Source: Candidatus Bipolaricaulia bacterium
GTDB lineage: Bacteria; Bipolaricaulota; Bipolaricaulia; JBHIAT01
Direction: 5' to 3'
Assembly: GCA_046758705.1 (NCBI GenBank)
Contig: JBHIAT010000039.1
Location: 1-24,174, forward strand
Length of the DNA: 24,174 bases
Under the pieces are notes generated by a model, which was given only the letters and a program-made list of their open reading frames with translations, was not told where the DNA came from and did not search any database. The position numbers and the translations under genes were made by a program. This document shows positions 6,415 through 16,530 of the stretch, piece by piece (within the stretch, counting starts at the first letter, position 1; each line of letters begins with the position of its first letter).

Positions 6415-9273
6415 TCACCTCACCTGCTCGATTACGCTGATGTTGTCGCTCCGTTTGCGCGCGTGGTACTCATGGTCGGCACTCTCGACCAGGGCGGCGT
6501 CGTGAGAGACGAGGATCACCTGGCCGATCCGCCGGCCGAGATCCTCCAGTAACCGTTGCAGTCGCTGAATTCGGCTGCGATCCAGATAGATCGTTGGCTC
6601 GTCGAGGATCAACGGGGTTCGGGTGATCGCCCGGGAGAGCACCTGGTGGATTGCTGCCCGCAGCGCGATGTTAATCAACGCCCGTTCGCCACCGGAGAGG
6701 ATCGCTGGATGGATCGCCTCCCCGTTCTTCAGGAAGACCTGGATGCCGTAGTCGTCGTCGATTTGGACACCGCTGTAGCTGTCGCCCGAATCCATGAGCG
6801 TGAAGAACCGTTCAAAGTAGAGGTTCAACGCCTCCAGGTTTCGCTTGCGAAACTCCCGTTTGATCACCCCATAGGTCTCGATGATCTCGTCGAGTTCGCC
6901 TGCGATCCGGTCGAACCGTTCGGCTTTGTTGTGGAGCATCTCCTGTTGTTCTTTGCGCTTCTGGAACATCTCGATCCGGCTCTCTACCGTACCGCGGCGG
7001 TGAACCAACCCATCGCGTTCTTCCCCGAGCTGTTCCCGTCGCCCCGTCAATTCGGCAACGTGATCCTCAATCACCTTTAGTTGCTCCTCAAGTTCCGTTC
7101 GATCTCCCACCTCAAGCTCCTGAGTCAGTTCAAAGTGCTTGGCTCGCAACATCTCCAGGTCGCGCCGCAGATCGTCGATCCGCTCACGCACACCCGAGCG
7201 CATCTCCTTACGATTGATGGTCCGATCCCGAAGCCGGATGGCCCTGTTAGCCAGCGCCTTAACCTCCTCAAGGGCGTTCAGTTGCGCCTCCACCTCGTCA
7301 AACCGTCGGTTCAAATCGGTGATTTGGGCCTCAAGTGCCTTCCCCCGCTCTTCGGTCGCGTGAAGTTCCTCCTCGGTCCGCTCACGTCGTTCTTTATGTC
7401 CCTCGATCTGTGTCTCCCGGGTTTCGATCTCACGCTCGTCCTGCTCGATCCCGACGACCCGTTCCTCGAGCCGAGCGCGTATGCCCCGCAGTTCCGATCC
7501 GATCAGTTCGAGTTGGTTGACGGCCTGTTCATCGGCCTTGAGCCCTTCGATGCGGCCGGTGAGGTCCGCCAGTTGCTCCTCATCGTTGCTGATCTTCTGG
7601 GTCAGCTCATTTCGGTGAATCTCCAGATGATGGAGCGTGTCTGTGAACGTCTCCTCGGTCACCGCTTGTCCGCAGGTCGGACATCGGCCCGCTTCGACCA
7701 ACTGTTCTTTGTTCGACAGCTCCTTGTCGATCTCGGCTTGTTGCGTTCGCCGTTCGACCAACCGTTCTTTGACCGCCTCCTGCACTTCCGCGACGGTCGC
7801 CAGTTGCTCGGTCACCTGGTCACGGAGCGCCTTCAGATCAAGTTCGGAGAACCTCTTGGGCGCTGGAAGCTCCACGGTCAGTTCGGGAAGTTTCTCATCG
7901 GCGGCCGCCTCCTGACCCTTGATCTGTTCCTCGAGTGCTGCCTGCTGTGACCGTTCGGCTTCGAGTTGATCTCGTGCCTGTGCGAGTCCCTCTTTATCCG
8001 ATTCCAGTTGGGTATCGATATCTGTGCTTGTATCCGTCAGCCGCTTCCGCTCCGACTCCAGCCGGGTCACCTGATCGCGGAGCGCCTGACGCTGGGTCTG
8101 AAGCGACTCGACTTCGGCCTGTCTCTCAGCCAGCTCGATCCTGAACTCGGGGACTTCCTCGATTCCGGCGGCGGTCTCCAGAGCTTCCAGAATCGTCCCT
8201 TCCTCAGCCCACAGCATCCCGCCAAGGTCTGAGACCATCTCTTGATGCTGCAATTGGAGTTCCTCGATCTCCAAAGTTAGCTCCTTCTGCCGATCGAGTT
8301 GTTCCTGGAGTCGGTCCTCCTTCTCCGCGATCGACGCCTCGGTCGTCTCGAGTTCCTGTTTTGCCGCATCGATCCGTTTCAACCGTTCATGGTGCTCGGC
8401 CCGACGGCGTTCCGCCCCTTCAATGCGCGCATCGAGATCCTTTAACTCCCCTCGTATCTCGTCCAGTCGTCGCTCTAGCTCGGCTCGCTTCTGCTCCAAG
8501 CTCTCGCCCTCCAGGTCGGCGATCTCCGTCTCGATATCGTTCAGCTTGCTCTTTACCACATCCCGCTGGCGGTTGACCGCCCGGCGGGCGCCCTGTTTCG
8601 CCCGGGTTACGTAATCGTCGAGCCGCTCCAGCCGCAGCAGCCGATCGATCATCCGCTTGCGTTCCTCCTCACCTGCCTTGATCAGCCGGTCGATCTCACC
8701 CTGGCGGATATAGATGCAGTTCACGAAGTCGTCACGGTCCATGCCGAGCTGCTCCTCGATCGCGGTGGTGACGTTCTCCACCCCGACCCATTTCTGGCCG
8801 TCGTCTCGCTCCAGCCAGCATCCCTCCCGCTCAGAGATCACCGAGCTTCCGCTGCGCCGCATCCCCATCCGGACGGTGTAACGGTGCTCTCCGTGATCGA
8901 ACGTCAGCTCGACGTGCCCTGAACGGGCCGCTTCGCGCAGGATGTGGTGGAGCGGCCGGCCCATCACTGGACTCGCTTTGCTGCCGTAGAGGGCGAAGAA
9001 AATGCTCTCCAGCAGAGAGCTCTTCCCCGAGCCGTTCGGGCCGGCGATGATCGTCGTCCCCGTCTCGAATGAAACCTGCTCCTGCTTATAGCACATGAAA
9101 TTGCTCAGCTCGACCGAGACGATCCGCATCCGATCGCGGTCTCGGTCCAGGTCTCTGAGGGACGAGGGGGCCATCGCGATCTCCAGATCCCGGTCCGGAT
9201 CCAGGGCTTCCGGTTCCCCGGCCTTATCTCCCTCATCCTTCATCAGGTCGAGCAGGCTGGGTTCATCATTCAT
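6415..9273 (-). CDS. rad50: Rad50 (SbcC-like) SMC ATPase
   Basis: GPNGSGKSS, Q-loop YIRQGEI, long coiled coils, central zinc hook CPTCG, LSGGE signature, LILDEPT and LVSH. Confidence 0.95.
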   Translation of the reverse strand: MNDEPSLLDLMKDEGDKAGEPEALDPDRDLEIAMAPSSLRDLDRDRDRMRIVSVELSNFMCYKQEQVSFETGTTIIAGPNGSGKSSLLESIFFALYGSKASPVMGRPLHHILREAARSGHVELTFDHGEHRYTVRMGMRRSGSSVISEREGCWLERDDGQKWVGVENVTTAIEEQLGMDRDDFVNCIYIRQGEIDRLIKAGEEERKRMIDRLLRLERLDDYVTRAKQGARRAVNRQRDVVKSKLNDIETEIADLEGESLEQKRAELERRLDEIRGELKDLDARIEGAERRRAEHHERLKRIDAAKQELETTEASIAEKEDRLQEQLDRQKELTLEIEELQLQHQEMVSDLGGMLWAEEGTILEALETAAGIEEVPEFRIELAERQAEVESLQTQRQALRDQVTRLESERKRLTDTSTDIDTQLESDKEGLAQARDQLEAERSQQAALEEQIKGQEAAADEKLPELTVELPAPKRFSELDLKALRDQVTEQLATVAEVQEAVKERLVERRTQQAEIDKELSNKEQLVEAGRCPTCGQAVTEETFTDTLHHLEIHRNELTQKISNDEEQLADLTGRIEGLKADEQAVNQLELIGSELRGIRARLEERVVGIEQDEREIETRETQIEGHKERRERTEEELHATEERGKALEAQITDLNRRFDEVEAQLNALEEVKALANRAIRLRDRTINRKEMRSGVRERIDDLRRDLEMLRAKHFELTQELEVGDRTELEEQLKVIEDHVAELTGRREQLGEERDGLVHRRGTVESRIEMFQKRKEQQEMLHNKAERFDRIAGELDEIIETYGVIKREFRKRNLEALNLYFERFFTLMDSGDSYSGVQIDDDYGIQVFLKNGEAIHPAILSGGERALINIALRAAIHQVLSRAITRTPLILDEPTIYLDRSRIQRLQRLLEDLGRRIGQVILVSHDAALVESADHEYHARKRSDNISVIEQVR

Positions 9274-10321
9274 CGGATTCCGAACCTCCTGTCGCGGTCA
9301 GCAGTTTGTCCACCTCAGAATCGACGTTGGAATCGGCGATCTCTCGGTCGCGAGTGATGTGATCGATCTCCCGGGAGGTCTCGGAGAGTTCCATCCTGTC
9401 GAGTCGTTCTGAGACGGCCCGGTCAAGGTCGCCGAACTCGACGCTCACCTCGATCTGCTCCAGGCCGACATCGTCCTCGCGACGGTCTCGCACCTGGACC
9501 GCCAGCGCCCCGTTCGTCAGCCCGTACTCCTCGATCTCCTTGACGGTATGCCCTGACTTCTTCAGGTAGACGGCGACGACCGCTCCGGTCACGGGATGAG
9601 CGTCGATCCCTCGGATCGGGTCCTCGTTGCCCGCAATGTAGATGAACCGACGGGTGTCGAACTCCCGACGGGTCAGCCGACCGGTCTCCAGATCAATGAG
9701 GTTGAAACCGCGCCGTGCCACCTCATCCAAGCTCCAACGTTCGGTGCTGCCCGGATAGGTGATCAACACGCCATCCTGGCGCCAGACCTTATGCTGGTGG
9801 TAGTCGCCGAGCAGCACGATCCGCGCGCCGCAGCCGACGAGTGCCTCGAGCTTCAGCTCACCGTCAACGACCTGGACCTGATCGAGCATCTGGTGGGCCA
9901 CCAACACGCCGTCGTCGAGCTCGGGCAGTTCGATCTCCCGCCTGCCGCTGTAGTCAAGCCCGTAGACCACGATATCGCCCACGTAGGTCGGTTCAGCGCC
10001 GAGATGGACGGCGAGCCCTAGCTCAGCAAACAGATCGATCCACTGAGCCCCCCGCCGCCGCTCGTGGTTGCCGACGATCCCCAAGAATGGGATCCCGACC
10101 TGGTTCAGTTTGGTGAGTTCCCTGAGAACGTCGCCGAGGTCTTCGGTGCTGGGGTAGCGATCGTCGAACAGATCGCCGGCGTGGATCACTGCTGCCACCT
10201 CCTCTTCGATGGCGATCTGAATGACCTGGGCGAATGCCTGTGAGAAATCTTTGCGGCGGTCCTCCAGGCCGTACTGCCGTGTCCCGATGTGGGTGTCGGC
10301 GGTGTGAAGCACCTGGGTCAT
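9266..10321 (-). CDS. mre11: Mre11 (SbcD-like) metallophosphoesterase nuclease
   Basis: HTADTHIG, HAGDLFD, GNHE, AHQ, LGDYH and YPGSTE motifs; the stop overlaps the rad50 start. Confidence 0.95.
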   Translation of the reverse strand: MTQVLHTADTHIGTRQYGLEDRRKDFSQAFAQVIQIAIEEEVAAVIHAGDLFDDRYPSTEDLGDVLRELTKLNQVGIPFLGIVGNHERRRGAQWIDLFAELGLAVHLGAEPTYVGDIVVYGLDYSGRREIELPELDDGVLVAHQMLDQVQVVDGELKLEALVGCGARIVLLGDYHQHKVWRQDGVLITYPGSTERWSLDEVARRGFNLIDLETGRLTRREFDTRRFIYIAGNEDPIRGIDAHPVTGAVVAVYLKKSGHTVKEIEEYGLTNGALAVQVRDRREDDVGLEQIEVSVEFGDLDRAVSERLDRMELSETSREIDHITRDREIADSNVDSEVDKLLTATGGSESDE

Positions 10322-10355
10322 GACATGTTACCTTGCTTTGCCTTTCCTTAGTCCT

Positions 10356-10384
10356 ACTCTATCCGAACATAACGCGGTTGTCAA
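10356..10384 (-). promoter_or_regulatory. sigma70 promoter of the mre11 operon
   Basis: Minus strand TTGACA(10384-10379)-17 bp-TAGAGT(10361-10356). Confidence 0.7.
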
Positions 10385-10407
10385 CTGGAGTTCATCAGCT
10401 GGTGGCA

Positions 10408-10437
10408 TTGAACACTCCCGCGTCACTTCGCTACAAT
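10408..10437 (+). promoter_or_regulatory. sigma70 promoter of the DUF1802-nuclease gene
   Basis: TTGAAC(10408-10413)-18 bp-TACAAT(10432-10437). Confidence 0.55.
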
Positions 10438-10507
10438 GGCTTGTGTCAAGAAACGGTCGCAACCTGAAACTGAGACTGAAGTGCCCTGTGGCAATGGAGA
10501 GGCCATC

Positions 10508-11452
10508 ATGGAGTTCCCGTTGCAGCTTGCCGGGGGGGTCCCGGCGAAGGCGGAGATCATCGAGGCGTTGGCCACCGGTCGTCATCTCTTCCTGATCCGG
10601 AAACGAGCGAGACGGTCGAGCCTGTTCTTGCTCTATCCGTCCCTTTCACCCCCGTCCTTAAAGCGCTATCAGGAGATCCACCGACCGTGGCTCGCCCACC
10701 GTCGGCGGACCGCCGGGGAGCCGCCGATCGTCCGCTACCTGGCGACACTCGATCAGGCGGTTGAGGTCGAGAACGACGATCGGCTCTGGGAAGCGCTCGA
10801 ACCCTATTACGTCTGGTCCCTCGATGCCATCAGAAAATATCTCAACGGACGGGAGCGGGCGTATCTGTGGCTGGTGCGCGTCTATCGGTTGTCCGAGCCG
10901 GGGATGCTTACCAAGGGGGACTACCACGCCGGCGCCTGGGTGCGGCTCGCGGAGCCGATCGAGGTCGAACAGGCTGAGCCGACGCTCGAGGAAACGCGCT
11001 ATGTAAAACTTCGGGATGAGGTGGTCGGGATCGCCGAGGAGCTTCGCGTCGAGGGAGGGAAAACCTACGAACACAACCTGTTGGTCGATTATCTGGGCGA
11101 GCTCGGCGCGCAGCAGGGGTTCGAGACCGAGATCGAGGTGCCCTGCGGCCGGTTTAAAATCGATGTCGTGTGGCGACCGACCTACCGGGGGGCGGTGCCC
11201 CGGTATGCGTTCGAGGTCCACATCGGCGGAAACCTGCATAAGGATCTGGCGGCGCTCAAGCATGCCTATGATCTGTGGAACGCCCGAATCACACTGATTT
11301 CGACGGCCAAGGACGTGGAACGGATCTGTGACCTTGTCTCCGGGACGTTCCACGAGATCGAGGATGAGCTGAAACTGGTCGAGGCGGAGCAGTTCCGCCA
11401 CTATGTCCACTTCAAGCAGCGGTTTTCCGATCTGGAGCGGGTCTTCGGTTAG
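10508..11452 (+). CDS. DUF1802-like domain fused to a PD-(D/E)XK-type nuclease
   Basis: The N-terminal half has EALATGRHLFLIRK, FLLYPS, PYYVW, LWLVRVYRL..P and WVRL (DUF1802 pattern). The C-terminal half has H..L...G...GF...E...IDVVW...YAFEVH. Start 10508 follows GGAGAGG. Confidence 0.72.
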   Translation: MEFPLQLAGGVPAKAEIIEALATGRHLFLIRKRARRSSLFLLYPSLSPPSLKRYQEIHRPWLAHRRRTAGEPPIVRYLATLDQAVEVENDDRLWEALEPYYVWSLDAIRKYLNGRERAYLWLVRVYRLSEPGMLTKGDYHAGAWVRLAEPIEVEQAEPTLEETRYVKLRDEVVGIAEELRVEGGKTYEHNLLVDYLGELGAQQGFETEIEVPCGRFKIDVVWRPTYRGAVPRYAFEVHIGGNLHKDLAALKHAYDLWNARITLISTAKDVERICDLVSGTFHEIEDELKLVEAEQFRHYVHFKQRFSDLERVFG

Positions 11453-11493
11453 GTAATCCTAACCCGTTGAGAAAGGGGGCAGATGAATGAACT

Positions 11494-11637
11494 ATGCTCT
11501 GTGACAAGAGTTCATGCAATAGGCTTGAGGGTCATGCTGGGAGATGTAATAAGTACCCTAAAGAGAGCTTTAGCAGTCTACCTGAGGAAATATTTAAAAA
11601 GATAGATAAGACAGCCATGACGCGAGGGGCACAGCCA
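11494..11637 (+). pseudogene. N-terminal fragment of a BstXI-like restriction endonuclease
   Basis: LCDKSSCNRLEGHAGRCNKYP...KIDKTAMTRGAQ resembles the BstXI-family N-terminus as I recall it. The stretch is AT-rich and runs into the antisense of the integrase. Confidence 0.5.
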
Positions 11638-12093
11638 TTCCCCTGTGCGAGTGACGAACACCTCCTCAGAGTACGGCTGATAACCCCGTAAATCGATCCA
11701 TCGTCTCATAGTCTTAGTCAACTTAGCCCCCATGAAACAAACCCGATCCTTGGCCCCTTTGCCATGAACTTTCAGACTACGTTGGGCGCGGCTTAAGTCA
11801 CCGACTTCCAGGTTGATCAGTTCATTGCGTCGAAGCCCCACATCAAGGAACGTCAGGAGCATGGTGTAGTTTCGGAATCCCGTCCACCAGACAGGGTTTT
11901 TAGCCATGGCGATCAAGCCTTCTCTAGCCAGCCAGTTGAAGAACGCTTTGAGCGCTCGCAAGTAAATGGCGATCGTTGTGTTCTTTAAGCCCCGATCCTG
12001 TAAGTGAGCCAAGTAAGAACGAATGGTGAACGCCTTGATCTCAGATAGCGGAACCGTGCCCTGAAACTGCCCTTTACTGGACCATTTTTGCAT
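11634..12093 (-). pseudogene. Tyrosine recombinase (XerD/phage integrase-like) remnant
   Basis: SAM-like TIRSYLAHL...LRALKAFFNWL, catalytic-box DVGLRRNEL and VHGKGAKDR. The linker after KNP is missing, and there is no HxxR or catalytic Tyr. Confidence 0.85.
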
Positions 12094-12248
12094 GGATTGG
12101 GGAGCTAGGCGTGTGCAGAAGATATTAGGGGAAATGACGTTGGGGTGAGCAATACCGACAACTTGTTAGTGAAGCCGGTGGGCCTGACTTCTCGTTCTAA
12201 ACCGCCCCTGCTCCACCAACAAGCGATCCAGTCGCTGCTTGGTCTTAG

Positions 12249-13505
12249 TCATCGACCTGTCCTTGTTCCCGGTTCGCTACTGAGTTCGACTATCTTGGGG
12301 TCGGATTGAATCCTGCTGCGATAGGTTTGCAATCCCGCCGCCAGGATGTGGACCGCTCGCTCCAGCGCCTTTCGGTTCAGGACGTAGGCGATCCTGACCT
12401 CATTGATCCCCAGTCCCGGCGTCTCGTAGAAACCGGCGGCTGGGGCGAGCATCACCGTCTCCCCGTCGAGCTCGAAGTCGGTCAGCAACCACCTGGAAAA
12501 ATCTTCGGCATCGGCCACCGGCAGCTGGACGATGAGGTAGAACGCCCCCTCGGGTCGGGTGCAGACAACTCCAGGGATCTGGTTTATCATCCCGAAGAGC
12601 AGGTCCCGACGCCGCTTGAATCGTTCGATCATCTCGGTGACCTGACGCGGATAGGTTTCCGAGCTGAGGAGTCGGACCATCCCCAGCTGTTCCAGCGTCG
12701 GCGGGGAGAGCCGCGCCTGCGCCATCTTCAACGCCGAATCGATCACCTTCCGGCTCCGACTGACGATCGTTCCGATCCGTGCCCCACAGGCGCTGAACCG
12801 CTTCGAGATGCTGTCGACCAAGACGGCATGGCGTTCCAGTCCCCCCAGGTTCAGCACGCTGTGATGGGATCCCTCATAGACGAACTCCCGATAGACCTCA
12901 TCGGAGATCAGGAACAGATCGTGCTCCAGGGCGATCTCCTGCAGCATCTCCAGCTCTGCCTCGGTGTAGACGGTCCCGGTCGGGTTGCCGGGATGGGTGA
13001 TCAGGATCGCCTTCGTGGTCGGGGTGAGCTGCGATTCGATCGCCTGGCGGGATGGGAGTCGGAAATCCTGCTGGGCCCGGGTGGTGATCGGCGTGATGGC
13101 GACCCCGGCCATCCGGGCGTAGCTGCTGTAGTTGGTGTAGAACGGCTCCGGGATGAGCAGGGTATCTCCATGTTCCAGGGTGGCGATGATCGCAAACAGA
13201 ACCGCCTCGCTGCCGCCGATGGTGATGATCAGGTCATCGACCCCGACCTCGATTCCCACATCCGCGTAATAACGGACCATCGCCTCCCGCGCCTCGGCGA
13301 ACCCCTGGGACGGGCTGTAGGCCAGCACCTTGATGTCAGCCTCCCGGATCCCCGCCCAGAAAGGTTCCGGCGTCTCGATATCGGGTTGGCCGATGTTGAG
13401 GTGGTGGACGGTGATCCCGCGATCTTCGGCCCGGTCGGCGAGCGACCCCAGTTTGCGAATCGGGGAAGGACGGATCGAACGCGCTCGGTTTGAGATCTCA
13501 GGCAT
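12249..13505 (-). CDS. PLP-dependent aminotransferase, class I/II (aspartate aminotransferase-like)
   Basis: HLNIGQPD, HPGNPTG, ISDEVY and DSISKRFSACGARIG. The likely start is MPEISNRA at 13505 rather than 13601. Confidence 0.93.
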   Translation of the reverse strand: MPEISNRARSIRPSPIRKLGSLADRAEDRGITVHHLNIGQPDIETPEPFWAGIREADIKVLAYSPSQGFAEAREAMVRYYADVGIEVGVDDLIITIGGSEAVLFAIIATLEHGDTLLIPEPFYTNYSSYARMAGVAITPITTRAQQDFRLPSRQAIESQLTPTTKAILITHPGNPTGTVYTEAELEMLQEIALEHDLFLISDEVYREFVYEGSHHSVLNLGGLERHAVLVDSISKRFSACGARIGTIVSRSRKVIDSALKMAQARLSPPTLEQLGMVRLLSSETYPRQVTEMIERFKRRRDLLFGMINQIPGVVCTRPEGAFYLIVQLPVADAEDFSRWLLTDFELDGETVMLAPAAGFYETPGLGINEVRIAYVLNRKALERAVHILAAGLQTYRSRIQSDPKIVELSSEPGTRTGR

Positions 13506-13627
13506 GATGGAACACCCATACCTCCCTTCGGGATGGTAGATATTCTGAATTATAGCAGATCGAATGCCCTGACACCAAACCGGATCCAAGCCGGTGACCA
13601 CGTCGAAGCATGAAGGTGCGGATAGCC

Positions 13628-13656
13628 TTGACAGTCAGACGGGGGTGTGCTATACT
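13628..13656 (+). promoter_or_regulatory. Strong rRNA promoter
   Basis: TTGACA(13628-13633)-17 bp-TATACT(13651-13656) with an extended TG. Confidence 0.9.
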
Positions 13657-13689
13657 AAGGTCAGTCCATGGCAGAGAGCATAGGGATTC

Positions 13690-13711
13690 GGTCTTTGAAA
13701 AGTGGATAGCG
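13690..13711 (+). promoter_or_regulatory. boxA-like element and 5' arm of the 16S processing stem
   Basis: GGTCTTTGAAAA; 13695-13711 pairs with 15419-15435 (two G-U pairs). Confidence 0.75.
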
Positions 13712-13734
13712 TGGTGAAAGGACCCTTGAGATTA

Positions 13735-15361
<1,627 letters not shown>

Positions 15362-15418
15362 TTCACTCTTCAGAACTCCGGAGATCGATCCCAATCTCAC
15401 TGCCACATCTGAGTAGCT

Positions 15419-15451
15419 CGCTGTCCGCTTTTCAACCTTTTCTTTTTTCTT
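15419..15451 (+). other. 3' arm of the 16S processing stem followed by a U-rich tract
   Basis: CGCTGTCCGCTTTTCAA is complementary to 13695-13711 and is followed by CCTTTTCTTTTTTCTT. Confidence 0.7.
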
Positions 15452-15462
15452 CCCGCTTCGGC

Positions 15463-15768
15463 TCAAATCCTTCGACTTAATTCCAACAGGCTGCGGACGA
15501 CAAATTGCCGGACAAAGATGAGTATCAGGATCGCGATCATCGGCGAAAAGTCGATCATCATGTTCGGCATATAGCGGAATAGGAACCGCCTGATCGGAAA
15601 GAGGATCGGTTCGGTGATTCTGTATAGCATCTCAACGATCGGATTTTCGTAAGGGTTGCGGACAAACCACGAGACGATGGCCCGGATGACCAGAATGATG
15701 ATCATGACTTGAACGACAATGTTCAAGATCTGGGCGATCGCTTCGGTGAGGTAGGACAGAAAGATCAT
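15463..15768 (-). CDS. yggT: YggT family membrane protein
   Basis: IIILVIRAIVSW...NPIVEMLYRITEPILFPIRR...IDFSPMIAIL; TGATG coupling to yggS. Confidence 0.93.
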   Translation of the reverse strand: MIFLSYLTEAIAQILNIVVQVMIIILVIRAIVSWFVRNPYENPIVEMLYRITEPILFPIRRFLFRYMPNMMIDFSPMIAILILIFVRQFVVRSLLELSRRI

Positions 15769-16481
15769 CAATATCGCCTCCCTCCGAAGATCCCTGTGCC
15801 GATCCTGACCAGGTTTGCTCCCTCCTCGATCGCGATCTCAAAATCGTGGGAGATCCCCATCGACAGGTACCGCATCTCGACATTCTTGATCCGCTGCTCG
15901 GCCAGCGCCTCGAAACACGCCCGCACCGCTCGGAAGTGGCCGCGGATCTCTGCCTCCGCCTCGCTGTAGGGGGGCATGGTCATCAACCCCGTGATCCGAA
16001 GCCCGGGACACTCCGAAATGGCGGCCACCAGATCGGGACACGCCTCGACCGTGACCCCGTGGCGACCCGGATCCGGCGACGGGTTCACTTCAATGAGGAT
16101 CGGTACCTCCAATCCCCATCGTGTAGCGCACCGGCCCAACTCCTCAGCCAGCTCCAGCCGATCGATCGAGTGGATCATATCGAACAACCGGATCGCGGCC
16201 CTGGCCTTGTTCATTTGCAGATGACCGATAAAATGTTTCTCGATTGGGTTCGGCAGGAACTCGAACTTCCCCAAGGCCTCCTGGATCGTGTTTTCACCGA
16301 TCAGGTCGATCCCGGCCTCGACCGCGCGCAGAATCTCCCCGACGTTTCTCAGCTTCGTCGCCGCCAGAATCCGAATCTCATCGGGGGGACGGCCACCGCG
16401 CTCCGCTGCCTCGGCGATCTCAACCCGGAGCCGGGCGACGTTGCCAGTGATATCGATGTCGGTATCAGTGTTCGGTTCGAT
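15768..16481 (-). CDS. yggS: YggS/PLPBP pyridoxal phosphate homeostasis protein (start codon uncertain)
   Basis: The frame extends upstream of the listed start at 16274 through ILAATK and IGENTIQEA, then HFIGHLQ.NK, GLMTM, LSMGIS.DF..AIEEGA..VRIGT.IFG. Confidence 0.9.
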   Translation of the reverse strand: MEPNTDTDIDITGNVARLRVEIAEAAERGGRPPDEIRILAATKLRNVGEILRAVEAGIDLIGENTIQEALGKFEFLPNPIEKHFIGHLQMNKARAAIRLFDMIHSIDRLELAEELGRCATRWGLEVPILIEVNPSPDPGRHGVTVEACPDLVAAISECPGLRITGLMTMPPYSEAEAEIRGHFRAVRACFEALAEQRIKNVEMRYLSMGISHDFEIAIEEGANLVRIGTGIFGGRRY

Positions 16482-16530
16482 CGTCCCCGCCTCCTCTGCG
16501 ACTGCAAACCGGTTACCCCATTATAGCCAG

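Noticed and set aside
10436-10507. Upstream start of the DUF1802-nuclease gene at 10436
   Set aside because: That ATG overlaps the predicted -10 box, while 10508 has an RBS and begins the domain.
11578-12093. Integrase remnant as the integron integrase IntI
   Set aside because: It is truncated, lies more than 10 kb from the attC sites and shows no IntI-specific features.
12170-12218. Possible intact tRNA (Sec-like CCGGTGGGCCTGACTTC)
   Set aside because: No cloverleaf or TTCRA loop can be built. It is kept only as a possible att remnant.
4885-13596. Identical 14-mer GATCCAAGCCGGTG at 4885-4898 and 13583-13596
   Set aside because: About one such match is expected by chance in 24 kb, and there is no other support.
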